64,000 bases of DNA from the human T2T-CHM13v2.0 reference genome, Homo sapiens (GCF_009914755.1 NC_060932.1); one strand, 5' to 3'; shown: positions 13,900-26,057, counted from the stretch's first letter. Numbers and translations are program-made. The notes: generated by a model from the sequence alone, not told the origin.

Positions 13900-15300
13900 T
13901 TGTCTGAGACATTTAGCATCTATTAACAAATTGCTCTCAAAAATCAATTATACCCATTTATGGGCTTATCAGGTTTAAAAAATATTTACCATATCATTGC
14001 CAACATTGGATTTTATTAGATTTGTGATTTTTGCCAACATGATCAGTATAAAAATAATTTATAATTTTAGTCTGTATTATCTTAATTACCAAACAATCGA
14101 GCACAATTTAGTGCCTTTGTGATCCATTGTTTCCTCTGTTACTAGGCAATTTTTATCCCACACCCAGTTTTCTGAAAGGTTGTTTGTCTTTTCTTATTAT
14201 TTTGGCAGTTTTTATCTTTTAAATTCATTCAAATAATTCAACACATCTGTTACTTTTTAGTTTGTTCTTGGTGTATTTCGCCATTCAGAAGTTTCAATTG
14301 TAATGTATTAATAACGCATCCCTATTTTCTCAATGTGTGCTTTCGGTGTCAGTCTAAGAAAAGGTTTTCTATCTCTGAGGTAATCAACTTTATCGCTTAT
14401 ACTTTTACCTAAAGTTTTATGACATTTTTAACCCCTAAATCTCTAATCCACTGATAATATATTTAAATGTATCTAATAATAATATGCAATTTTTGTAAGA
14501 TTTATTAAAGACTGTGTAGAATATATTCCGTATAATATATTCTTTATTATAAATTGAAAGTTCACATTTCAGAGCTTCCTTTATTGTTCCAGAAGTCTGT
14601 TCAAATTATTGTAACGATATGTTAAATTTTAATATCTAGGGTGGAAAAACTATCGTCATCACCACCTTATTAACCCTCCAATTTCTTCCCTTATTTCAGC
14701 TTCAGAATTCTCGGGGCATTTCTCTGCCATTTATATTTCATGATTACATTCCATTTTATTTAATCAAGTCCAGTGAACATTCCTGTTGGGATTTGATAAG
14801 AATCGAATTAAATTTATTGATTAAATTAAAAATGATTTTTCATCTTTTTACATAGAAAATTGCCAATCATGGTTATGCTGTTTCTCTTCTTTTGGGTCTT
14901 TGTTATTTTTGTGTTTTTTCTTGTTATTGTAAATGGTATCTCTTCTTGTATTTATTAACACATAGTAATAAGTAGTATAAGTAGCAACAAACGATAGCTA
15001 CTTATTAACACGTAGTAATAAGTAGTATAAGTAGCAACAAATGATAGCTAATCTTGTTAGCATCTTGCTAAATATAAACATATTTAAATGTTTATCTTAT
15101 AACCACCTGAAATTTTCTATTGATTTTATAGTTTTTCTGCAGATATTTTGACTATTCTTTAGGTATAATAGTAATTTATTCTTTAGATATAATAGTAAAT
15201 TATGTTAGTTTTGCTCATTTTTTTCTATCTTTAATGTAATTTTATTTTTTTACTTATTTATTACCCAGTTAGATGTTAGATTTGTCCTACTTTTCATTAA
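13900..15300 (-). mobile_element. Highly diverged L1ME-type ORF2/3' fragments
   Basis: T-rich antisense L1-like tracts such as cctgttgggatttgataagaatcgaattaaattt. Confidence 0.5.
14951..15050. repeat. 50-bp tandem duplication (2 copies)
   Basis: ttattaacac(a/g)tagtaataagtagtataagtagcaacaaa(c/t)gatagcta twice, 3 differences. Confidence 0.95.
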
Positions 15301-15764
15301 TGTATGGCTTTAAAAACAGTTTTTTGGGTTTATCCTTTTCCCTTACACCATATTTTTTGGATAAGTATATCTATCCAAATCTCTATCTAATTTCATCTAC
15401 ATAGACACATACCTTTAATGTTTGAAAATTCCTTTAATGCTTTGTCTGTTTACCACAATAAATTTTGTTATTTCTTTGTGGTGTTTTCTAGTTTATATTT
15501 TAAATTTCCAAATACATTAAGGTTCTGGCTTTCCTCCTTTTTTCCCTTTCCTCTTCCTTTTAATTCCATTTTTGAACTTTCCAGTTAGGTGGAGCACTAC
15601 CAGGACATTGTCTTTGCAAAGAGGAAGCCCAGTATGAGGTGTCAGAACCCAGGCAGGAGATGAGGGTATCCATAAGTGGGGATGATTGATGTGATATGTC
15701 AGAACTCAGGCAGGGTGAAGGTGGTGTTCATGTGGAGGCCAGAGGGTAGCACCAAACAGGGGAT

Positions 15765-16288
15765 GTTTATTTGTTATCTATTGCTATCTAACAAAGTAAT
15801 GCAAAACTTATGTTTTACAACTCCATACGCTTATTATCTCATGCAGTCTCTGGGAGTTAGGAATCTGCAGCAGCTTCTTTCTGTCTGTGGTTTTCACTTA
15901 AGGTCTCATATGAAGTTACCATTGAGTTTTCTAAAGCTTCCACTAGAGCTGGAGAGTTGACTTCCCACTTCATCCATGTGGCTGTTGGCCAGAGGCTTTA
16001 TTTCCTCCCCATGTTGGCATCTGCAGAGCTTATCATAACATGGAAGCTTTCTTCTTTCAGAGTGACTGATCTAATGGTGAGAGATCAAAAAGAGCACTAC
16101 CAAGAGAAGATGTCACCAAGGGAGAGGCCACAGCTTTTACAACCTACTATTAGAATGGCATCCCATAATTTCTGCATTAGGCTATTAGTCACAGATACTA
16201 ACACTGGTACATTATGGGTAGGATCTACATAAGATTATGAACACTGGAAGACAGATCACCTGAGGTCACCTCAGAGACTGGTTACCAT
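15765..16288 (-). mobile_element. Old MLT1-family MaLR LTR
   Basis: ttgttatctattgcta..taacaaa start and ggtcacctcagagactggttaccata end, typical of antisense MLT1. Confidence 0.65.
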
Positions 16289-17385
16289 ATAGTTGTCAGA
16301 GTCCAAGAGACTTAGTAGGGTGTTTATGCATAAGGGTGCCTGAAGTGAGTGCTCAAAAGAAGTGAGAACATGTATATTCTTGATGGCAGTCTGGGGCAGG
16401 GTGTCAGAGCCTGAGCAGAGTGCCTACATAGAGCAGCAACATGGCATGAGGAGACAGAACCCAAGCCAGGTGAGAAGGTTTCATGTGAGGGGAGAGGGAG
16501 GCTGCTGCAATCAGAAGTTGATTGTATAATGGAGATTGATTATATCAGTAGTTATATTTAAAAAATTGTAATTAGGTTTCTGTCTAAAAAGGTATTTACA
16601 AGCATGTAGACAACAACAACAAAATTCTCCTATTGTGATGGAATTGGAAATACTGATGCAAAGTTATAAATTATGATTGATAAATGATAGATTATAGATA
16701 GAAAGATTTGAATATATATAGATGTGTATATATACACACACACAGATATGCTTACACTCATATATATACACACATTCCCTAGTTCTGTCCATGGAGAGTG
16801 CCTTATAGCAGTAAATTCCTCATACCAATAAGCAGTTTAGACTAAAGAGCATGATGTATAGGTAACTAGGTTTCTTGCAGAAATGACTGAATTCACCAAG
16901 TTCAGGAAAAGACAAGACGAGCCTGAAAGTACTATACCAGAAAGTATAGTACTTTCTATCTTCCTATACCAGAAAGTAAGGAAGTGTTCAAAGAGTAATG
17001 GGGGCATGTCAAAAGGATCCTACTGGCCAAATCTAAAGGAATTTGAGCCATTTAAATGAACAATGATAGTAAGAAGAAAATGAGTCTATATTAATATACA
17101 TTAATACACTAATAAATGAAAGTTTGAATAGAAAGGGGACATTTACATAGTTTCAAATTACTTCTCTACAAAATGTTTATTAATTATGAAAAGGGAAAAG
17201 AATAGGCCAGGTGCGGTGGCTCATGCCTGTAATCCCAGCACTTTGGGAGGCCGAGGTGGATCATGAGGTCAGGAGATCGAGACCATCCTGGCTAACACAG
17301 TGAAACCCCATCTCTACTAAAAATACAAAAAAATTAGCTGGGCATGGTGGCGGGTGCCTATAGTCCCAGCTAGTTGGGAGGCTGA

Positions 17386-18371
17386 TATCAGGGGAACCAG
17401 CCCCCAATATTTCAACATAGGTTCTTTTCTATTTTCCCTAAGTGTCGGCCAGTCTGAGAAATAAAGGGAAAGAGTACAAAAGAGAGAAATTTTAAAGCTG
17501 GGTGTCTGGGGGAGACATCACATGTCAGCAGGTTCTGTGATGCCCCCTGAGCTGCACAACCAGCAAGTTTTTATTACCGATTTTCAAAGGGGAGGGAGTA
17601 TATGAATAGGGTGTGGGTCACATGCTTCAAAAGCAATAAAAGAAGGCAAATGGGCAGGGCAAGGTCACAAGGCCAGGGCAAAACTAGAATTACTGATGAA
17701 GTTCCATGTCCCACTGTGCACGCATTGTCATTGATAAATGTCTTAACAGGACACAGGGTTCAAGAGTAGAGAACTGGTCTGACTAGAATTTCCCAGGCTG
17801 GAATTTCCTAATCCTAGCAAGCCTGGGGGCGCTGCAGGAGACCAGGGTGTGTTTCATCCCTATCAACAACTGCATGAGGCAGACACTCCCAGAGTGGCCA
17901 TTTTAGAGGCCCCCTGTGGTAATGCATTATTTTCCCAGGGCTGTTAATTATTAATATTCCTTACTGGGGAAATAATTCAATATTTCTCTTACCTGTTTTC
18001 AGTAATAAGAGAAATATGACTCTGTCCTGCCCGGCTCTCAGGCAGTCAGACCTAATGGTTATCTCCCTTGTTCCTGAACATCACTGTTATCCTGTTCCTT
18101 TTTCAAGGTGCTCAGATTTCATATTGTTCAAACACACATGCTTTACGAACAATTTGTGCAGTTAATGCAATCATCACAGGGTCCTGAGGTGACATACATC
18201 CTCAGCTTACAAAGATGATGGGATTAAGAGATTAAAGTAAAGACAGGCATAGGAAATCACAAGAGTACTGATCAGGGAAGTGATAAATGTCCATGAAATC
18301 TTCACAATTTATGTTCTTCTGTCATGGCTTCAGCCGGTCCCTCCGTTTGGGGTCCCTGACTTCCTGCAACA
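17386..18371 (-). mobile_element. MER11 (A-like) 3' LTR of the HML-8 provirus
   Basis: Minus strand begins TGTTGCAGGAAGTCAGGGACCCCAAACGGAGGGACCGG just after the polypurine tract agaaagggagagg and ends ggctggttcccctgata. Confidence 0.92.
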
Positions 18372-19930
18372 CCTCTCCCTTTCTTTTTATATAAATGTGC
18401 CATGGCGATGAAGGCTTGTTCATTCTCTTGATTTTGACACAGGATTCTTTGACTGGTCCAGCACACTAAAGACAAGCTGATTAAACAGAGAAACATAATT
18501 CCAAAATTTACTACAGTGGAGCCCCCAATAGACTTAATCCAAGTCGTGGGGTTTAGTCCAGAAAGATTTTCTGCCACCTGATCTAACGCCTAAGCTCCAG
18601 GCACAATGGATAAATGAGCTTGAGAGGCTTCAAAAATTTGTTTCTTTAATTTAGTTATGTCCAGTGATAAATTATCTTCCCTACCCAGAAGGTGTCCTTT
18701 GACCATTTCCCATGAATGATCAGTCTCATTGTAGGAATATGGGGTGATACAGAAATCCGAAGTATTCCAATCGCACTGCATTTGCATGCGATGCTTGAGA
18801 CTCACTACCCGATCTCCAAGCCAAATAACAGACTGTCTTAAATCATTAATATGATTAGCCAATTTTTGATCAATGCCTTGTTGAGAATTCCACATTTGGG
18901 TGGAGTTGGCTTGCCAATCATTAACAAAATGAGCTTTTTGAATAGATTGAGGTAACGCCATTCCGTCAGTGGTGGCCATTGCAGTGACTGTAATTAGGCC
19001 CATGATCACAGTGATTAAAGTGAAAACAAATCTCTTAGATCTTTTTAGAATTCTCTGTAACACTTCATTAATTAAATGTATTGAGGGGGAGGATTCCCAA
19101 GGTCTGGGCAAAGTTACCAGAATCTAGATTTGTTCTCGAGCTCAAACCAACATTACACTTTTCCTGGAGTCAAAATGGGAGTTAATACAAGTGTATAAAT
19201 GACAATTAATGCATTGGACAGTTTGATTGTTCATCCAAATTTTGATATTCCCCACTAACAGCATGTTAGGAGGCTTAACACAACTCTGTATGGGAACAGT
19301 CAGGTTGGAGGTAAGTAAAGCAGAATGTCTGAATCTACGTTGATACTGAGAGAGGGGGACGGTAGCAGGGACAACAGACAGAATAGTTTCCCCTTCCCAT
19401 ACTCGCAGTCCAGACATGGCAATAGTCAGTTTCCAATTTCCAAAGTTCTGGGTGTTCTGGGCTCAGAATGGGGAATATCATAGGAGGCCACGGGCGGGGA
19501 GGGGGGCGGGCAGGGTAATGCCTTTATCTTCCCATTTTAAGGGAAAGAATGAGCTGAACCTCCTATGCAAAGTAGAATGATGATTCTCGTTCTCCTGATA
19601 AGAAGTAAAATAAGTAGCCTCCAGGCATTCCCTTCCACCAGAGGAGCAATTGTTTTTTAAATAGCCCTTTGGTGCCCAGTCTATTACTAAACCATGAGTC
19701 ATTTTTTAATATTACTGCATGTGAGTTAACACAATACTCCCAAATTAAGGTTTTAGATGGGCCCTCAAAATTCTTAGGGCATGGTTTTCCTGCAGGTTTA
19801 TATTGAAAGTATGGGGTATCTCCCATTACTCCCTCTTTCATTTGTCTTAAAGGAGAAAGGGAGAGGCCGGAGACCAAATGTCCCAGTTTCTCTGTAGCGG
19901 ATCTCTCTGGAAGATAAGCAGCCCAGACTT
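18302..19930 (-). pseudogene. env: HML-8 env: frameshifted SU; TM open except one TAG at 18590-18592
   Basis: Furin site RSKR (19031-19042), fusion peptide [22 protein letters not shown] loop, TM anchor; ORFs 18590-19111 and 18302-18577 share one frame. Confidence 0.9.
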
Positions 19931-20044
19931 GAACCAGACACATTTTGGTTTGATGTGCCAGCTTCGGAGGAGTTGGCACAGATCTCACCACGTCTGAGGG
20001 CAGTCTCTGACGTGGACGTCTTTTCCCTGTGGTTTTCGTTTTAT

Positions 20045-21605
20045 GATCTCCTGGTGAAACACAAGCATATCCTCTTTCCCATGTTAAGTAGAATCAGAGA
20101 CAATATTTAAAGGTTTGGGGGAAATCCTCTAAGGCAGTAACTACAGCAATTAACTCTGCCTTTTGAGCAGAGGTATAATGGGTAGAAATAAGCTTGTTTA
20201 TAGGACCTACATAACCAGCATTTCCATTACTGGAGCCATCAGTGAACACTGTAATAGCCTCAGGAATGGGCTGATCTTTGGTCAATCGAAGGACCACCCA
20301 AGAAGTCATTTTTATAAAATCAAACAATTTGTTTTTTGGATAATGATTGTCAATAATGCCAATAAAATCAGCCAAGTGAATTTGCCACAGTACGGAATGT
20401 TGAAAGGCGGCTTGAACTTCGAGCCGATTTAAAGGAACTACAATTAAATTCGGATCAAATCCAGAAATTTGAAGTATTCTATACCAAGCCTGTCCAATTA
20501 AGATGGCTATTTGGTCCAGATAAACAGACAAAGTTTTTGACACAGAATGAGGAGAAATCACCACTTCACTAAATCATTATGTTGAACTTTTAGCCCAGTA
20601 GGGGAATGCAATAAAGCGAAAACTAGAAGCTGAAAAGGCTGAGATGGCTGTACTCTAGATAACGGGTGGTCTGGATTCTTTCCTCTACAAATTCAGTTCT
20701 AGTGAAGCCTCAAGGGTCAAAGTCCTGGGACTGTGGAGATTGGAATCTCCCTGCAGCATAGAAAACAAGTTAGACAGTGCATAGGTCGGAATGCCTAAAG
20801 TAGGTCTTAAATAATTAATGTTACCCAAGAGTTTTTGGAAGTCATTTAAAGTTTTCAAAGAATCTCTCCTAATTTGAACTTTTTGAGGTTGAATACATTG
20901 TTTATCGACCACCATTCCTAAATATTGAACAGGAGTGGTCTGTTGAATTTTATCCTGAGCGATGTGTAATCCAGCCTCTGTAACACAGTGGCTCAAAATT
21001 TGATAACAGTCAATTAATTCTTTATCAGTGGGGGCAGCAATTAAAATATCATTAATATAATGAAGAATATAGGCCTGGGGAAATTGGGCTCAAACTGGTG
21101 AAAGCACTTGTCCAACATAAAGCTGGCAGACTGTAGGGCTATTTAGCATTCCCTGAGGAAGTACTTTCCATTGATAATGAGCTGCAGGCTCCTGATTATT
21201 GATAGATGGTACAGTAAAAGCAAATTTTTCACAATCCGATTTATGTAAAGCAATATGAAAAAAAAAAAAATCCTTAAGATCAATAACTATGAGAGGCCAA
21301 TTCTTAGGTATTAAAGCAGGGGCAGGCATGCCGGGTTGGATGGCCCCCATAGGTTTAATTACAGCGTTAATGGCCCTTAAATCAGTTATCATCAGCCACT
21401 TGCCTGATTTCTTTTTTACTAGAAACACAGGAGAATTCCAGTGGGAAAGAGAAGGTTCCACATTCCCAAGTTGTAACTGTTCAGAAACTAATTGAGTTAA
21501 AACCTCCAGTTTTTGTTTAGAAAGCTGCCGCTGCTGAATCCACACAGGTGTGTCAGATTTCCACTGTAAAGGGATAGGATCAGGAGGCATAGCAGCGGCT
21601 GCCAT
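20045..21605 (-). pseudogene. pol: HML-8 pol (RT and part of RNase H; integrase almost entirely deleted)
   Basis: [30 protein letters not shown], catalytic motif mutated to YIND (21048-21059), VFTDGSS; NIVSDS joined near 20086 to integrase C-terminal TWERGYACVSPG. Confidence 0.92.
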
Positions 21606-21803
21606 TAAAAAAGATAACCTAAACCAGCCCTGTCTTCTTTATAGTAATTGGGAGGGGTTTAGTAAACACCTCGTGATCAGGGCTAAAAAATTAGGGTACA
21701 ATTTAGCATGACCTTGTTTAACGGTAGTAAAAGAAACAGGAGCTTGGCCTGGGGCGCGTAATTTATCCCAAGCTCTCACACACACCTTTATTACTTGTTC
21801 TTT

Positions 21804-22289
21804 TGAGGGAAGAGAGAGACCCTCTCATATTGTTTTGTATTGTTTTATACTCAGTACCTGTTTAAAAACAACAACAACAACAAGGAAGTAAAACCAAAGA
21901 CAGGTAGCCCGGCACCAGGCCCGAAACCAGTCCTGGGCCTGCCTGGCCTAAACCCAGTAGTTAAAAATCAACTCATAACTTAGAAACCGATGTTATTCAT
22001 AGATTCCAGACATTGTACAGAAGAACATTGTGAAACTCCCTGCCCTGTTCTGTTTCTCTCTGACCACCGGTGGTTGCAGCCCCTGTCACGTACCCCTTGC
22101 TTGCGCAAATCAATCACGATCCTTTCATGTGAAATCCTTAGAGCTGTGAGCCCTTAAAAGGGACAGGAATTGCTCACTCGGAGAGCTCGGATTTTAAGGC
22201 AGTAACTTGCTGATGCTCCCAGCTGAATAAAGCCCTTCCTTCTACAACTCGGTGTCTAAGAGGTTTTGTCTGCAGCTCGTCCTGCTACA
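21804..22289 (+). mobile_element. LTR2B-type (HERV-E/Harlequin) solo LTR inserted in HML-8 gag
   Basis: tgagggaagagagagaccctctcatattg...gagcccttaaaagggacagg...aataaagcccttcc...cgtcctgctaca; TG..CA ends; 4-bp TSD cttt/ctgt (1 mismatch). Confidence 0.85.
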
Positions 22290-22694
22290 CTGTGGTAAGA
22301 GCATCAAAGCCTAATTGGGCATAAATATGAGAGAAACTATCGGAGCCTGTGAGCTGGGCCTGAGTAACTAGAATGCCATTAGTCCGATTTAGCTGAGCCT
22401 GCAAACGGGCCTCCTCTGACCACCAGGTACGAAATTGTAAATGCTGAGATGGGGTTAGAACAGCTTTTGCCAAAAGGTCCCAGTCTAAAGGAAGCAAAGT
22501 GACCTCCGTACAAAAAAGTTTGTAATACCATTTTAACATAAGGAGAAGTAGGGCCATACTGAGTACAAGCATCCTTAAATTATTTTAAAAAGGTAAGATT
22601 GAGAGGTACATAATGACGCATTTGTATCCCTTGGAATTTAGGAAGTTCTAGTGCCACCAGATAAGCCCACGTGTCTAATCCACTTGTTTCTTTG

Positions 22695-22762
22695 TTTTGG
22701 TGTAATAAGCGTTGCATTGAAGTTTCAATTTTGGCATAATAAGCGTTGCATTGAAGTTTCAA
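22695..22762. repeat. 34-bp tandem duplication frameshifting gag
   Basis: ttttgg(tg/ca)taataagcgttgcattgaagtttcaa twice; peptide ETSMQRLL appears in two frames. Confidence 0.95.
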
Positions 22763-25035
22763 GAGTAGGTATCTGAGACGGAGTTGGCATAGAAGTGAAA
22801 GGAAAAGCACGTGTAGATAAGGGAAACTGAGGGTGAGAGGGTCGGACCGGAATGAGGGTGTGAGAAAGGGACATTGGGGGAGCAGAAGGAGCAGAAGTAT
22901 ACTGGTGATTACTGGCATCCATGTGTGAGGAAGGGTACAGAGAAGCAGGCTGAGTGGATGGCAAAGTGACCAGTTGGGGAACGGAAACGACAGGAGGGCG
23001 AGGGCCTGAAGTGGTTGGGGGAGGGCCTGCAGAATTATAGGTAAATTGTAGTTTGGTCCTGGCGGCATTAGCCAACTCTGGAGGTTTGAAGAGAGAAGAA
23101 TTAGCATATGTATGGTCCCAGGCTGTCTTGAGTCGGGGCCGCGGGAGCTACAAGTACGGGCTCTTCGTGAAATGAAAAGAAATAAGATCATCAGGGGGCG
23201 ACCGTTATCCAAAGTCACCAGAGTTAGACATTGAATTCTCAGAATCGTTAGGTGGGGGGAGGAGTAGCCAAATGGAGAAGCTGATCAGCTAACGAAGGCG
23301 TTGCAGGAGAGAAGGGTTGAGGGGGTATTAGGACAGCACGTACCAAGGCCCAGTGACCGGAACATAATTCCCTGCCAGGACCAGTTCCCGGAATGTTGCA
23401 CCAACACGATCCCATACTTTTACATACACGGTTCCTTTTTCAGGAAACCAAGGACAGTATTTTTCCACCGCCCTGAATAAAGTGACCATATTTTCCATGG
23501 TTACTCGGACCCTTCCCTGTCTTAACAGGTCTACATCTAAGGTTCCCGCAACAGGCTGAGGCAAGAGAATGGTGTGAACCCTGGAGGCAGAGCTTGCAGT
23601 GAGCCGAGATCACGCCACTGCACTCCAGCCTGGGCGGCAGAGCAAGACTCTGTCTCAAAAAAAAAAAAAAAAAAAAAAAGAAGGGAAAAGAGTAGCTTTA
23701 CAGGAAAGTCTGGTACAAAATAGCCTAAAATCCCCCCAAATGCACAAGCGTTGAAATAAATGTTAGCTATTATTGAAGGATACTATAATGACATGACAAC
23801 TAAGTGTAAAACACAATTCCAAACTTGATGCCTTTACTATAAAGAACATTATTGTGACAACTGGCAAAACGCAATTTAGATTTATAATTTATAAATGTAA
23901 ATTTCATGATTATTTCATGGTAACGTAGGGGAATGTCCTTGTTTATAGGAAATACATATTCAGGGGTGATGAGGTATCAGATTGGCAACTTACTCTCATA
24001 TGGCACATAAAAAGTCAGGAAAGAGGTTCTTTGTATTGTACTTGCATTTTTTTTCTGTAAGTTTAAGATTGTTTTAAAATAAAGTTTTTAAGAGATAAAA
24101 TATTGAACCGTTAACCTTTTGCCATCAATTTTAAATTAACTGAAATTTGATCAGTTATAAAAGTTTCACATGTATTTGAGCAGAATGGATACTGACCTAG
24201 TATGTAGAGGTCTTTGTACAATATTTTTACATGGCTTTTACTCATGTAATTCATATTTCCTATATTCTTACAACTCTTCAGTCTGCTTATTAGGTCTGTT
24301 TCTGATAAAGATGTGATAAAGATTACTATTTTCCTTGAAATTATGTTGATTTTGTTATTAAATTCTGAGATTGTTAAAGTGAATACAAGTTCATGACTAA
24401 TATTCTTGGTGGATTATTATTTTTATTATTTATTACTATTATTGCATTTTGCCATGCATTCTATTTTGCTTGTTGTCAATATTGCTGTTAATTAGCATTT
24501 ACTGGGTAAAACTTTTCATCTTATTTCTCAGCTTCTGTGCCATTATATTTTTAAACAGCATATAGATTTTTTCCAACCTCTGTCTTTTATTATTGTCTTA
24601 GTTTTTTTTTTTTTTCATTTTTTGCCAGGATTTATATATTTGCTTTTAACTTTTTAATTTATGCTTTCTCTTTAACATGTTTTTTCCTTGCCTCTTTTTT
24701 TCTATTTTTTTCCGTATCATGGGTTGTTTTATTTTTTTCCCATTTATTTTCTATATTGCTTGAATGCAAAATATTCTACTTCCATTCTTTAATTTCAATT
24801 AATTTTTCAATATTCTCATTTGACTTAAATGACACTATTTTACAGGCAAACATATCAAGTATTAATTTTGATTTCCCCCATTATATGTTATTTTTGTTTA
24901 ATGTTTTAAGTACAATTGTTTTTATGTAAAATTATTCATAATTTTTATGATTTAACAGAGCACTGACAATTTTTTTAAATTTGCCCACTGAATTTTTTGG
25001 TTAACATGTTTTTGTATCTCCTTTCCTCCTTGTGA

Positions 25036-26057
25036 TGTCAATCATCATCATTTGCCTATTTGTTAAAATTATTTGTAACTTCGAAGTTAGTATTGATAGC
25101 ATTTTCCCAGTAAATTGCGGACATACTCAGAGTGGTGAAAAATTGAGTCACTCAGCACACACCTTCTTAGCTGAGGCTGAAGACAATGCCCTTCCTCCCT
25201 GGTTTTGCTCTCAGACAGTAAACAAGTTTCCTTTTTGTGGTCAACTGAGTGACAAGCTTTTCTTATTTTCTGTGTCTTTTTTTGGTGATTCTGGTTTAAA
25301 AGGGTCTGTTATGCATAGTGCTGAAATACTGCCTAGTGTTCCCAAGCACACGAAGGCTGTGATGTGCCATATGGAGAAAATACATGTGTTAGATAAGCTT
25401 CGTGCAGTCATGAGTTCCAATGCTGTTGGCTGTGAGTTCAATGTTAATGAATCAATAATACCGTACATCCAGAGAAAGGAAGAGAAAATTCACTGATCTG
25501 TATGTGAGAGCACTCTGGAAAGTGCTAAAGTAACATCTATAGCCTGTGATGTAACTATTGAAAAGATGGAAAAGCAACTAAATGTATGGATTCATGAGAT
25601 GATGCTCCATTAAAAAAAGAAAAAGTATAGTGGGGAGCATTGTTGTGGGGCTGAAAGCCAGAGTCAAGAAATGTTAAGCCCTTCTCGCTTATGCTGGCTA
25701 GCTTCCATTTCTCAAGTTTCAAAAGATGATAAGGTGTGGAATATGTTAAACTTACAAGAGAGGCAGTATCTACAGATCAGGAGGCTGTGGAAGAAATCTG
25801 AAAATACCTGCTAAGTATTATACAGGAACAGGTCATGTGGAAAAGCAGGTTTTTGACACTGATGAGGCTGGCTTGTTTTACAAGGACGTGGATAAACAAA
25901 CCTATAAAATACAATGGTGTTTTGGTTGATGAAAGTGTCACCAGAAGCTCACAGGAACTTAACTCTGTATTTCCTCTTGGAGGAATAGTTCAATATTCAC
26001 TTATTCAGTGTTCATAGCAACTTTATAGACTATACTGCAAAGAATGAGAAGTGACTG
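25036..26057 (+). mobile_element. TcMar-Tigger DNA transposon, internally deleted (MER82/Tigger6-like)
   Basis: Transposase remnant EKQVFDTDEAGLFYK (pogo DETG motif) near 25840-25885; right end ...gaagtgactg followed by TA. Confidence 0.8.

Larger units (their letters stand above)
21682..23540 (-). pseudogene. gag: HML-8 gag (MA to N-terminal CA), start missing, interrupted by an LTR2B-type LTR; NC, dUTPase and most of protease deleted
   Basis: MA motif [10 protein letters not shown], Pro-rich region, CA LLPLDWDLLAKAVLTPSQHLQFRTWW; joined near 21681 to the pro C-terminal G-patch remnant (RAGLGY). Confidence 0.88.
17386..23553 (-). mobile_element. HERV-K11/HML-8 provirus, internally deleted, 5' LTR reduced to 11 bp
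   Basis: Betaretroviral gag/pol/env peptides; MER11 3' LTR; 6-bp TSD ggctga at 17380-17385 and 23554-23559. Confidence 0.92.
17205..23680 (+). mobile_element. AluY split by a provirus (17205-17385 and 23554-23680)
   Basis: AluY diagnostics gagaccatcctggctaacac and gaatggtgtgaacc..gagcttgcagtgag; halves are collinear; TSD aagggaaaagaata (17191-17204) / aagggaaaagagta (23681-23694). Confidence 0.95.
16290..24090 (+). mobile_element. Old L1MC/MD-type 3' region (16290-17204 and 23695-24090) split by the AluY/HML-8 composite
   Basis: L1M 3'UTR-like sequence continues across the Alu TSD and ends tgtaagtttaagattgttttaaaataaa. Confidence 0.55.

Noticed and set aside
14951-15050. CRISPR-like or other prokaryotic repeat array
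   Set aside because: Only two adjacent copies with no spacers, in clearly primate DNA
18302-23540. APOBEC3 hypermutation of the HML-8 provirus
   Set aside because: Most Trp codons are intact; the stops I examined are CGA>TGA or GAG>TAG and the other lesions are indels
25032-25496. 154-aa ORF as a novel protein
   Set aside because: Lies in a degenerate Tigger element, with no recognisable intact transposase domain
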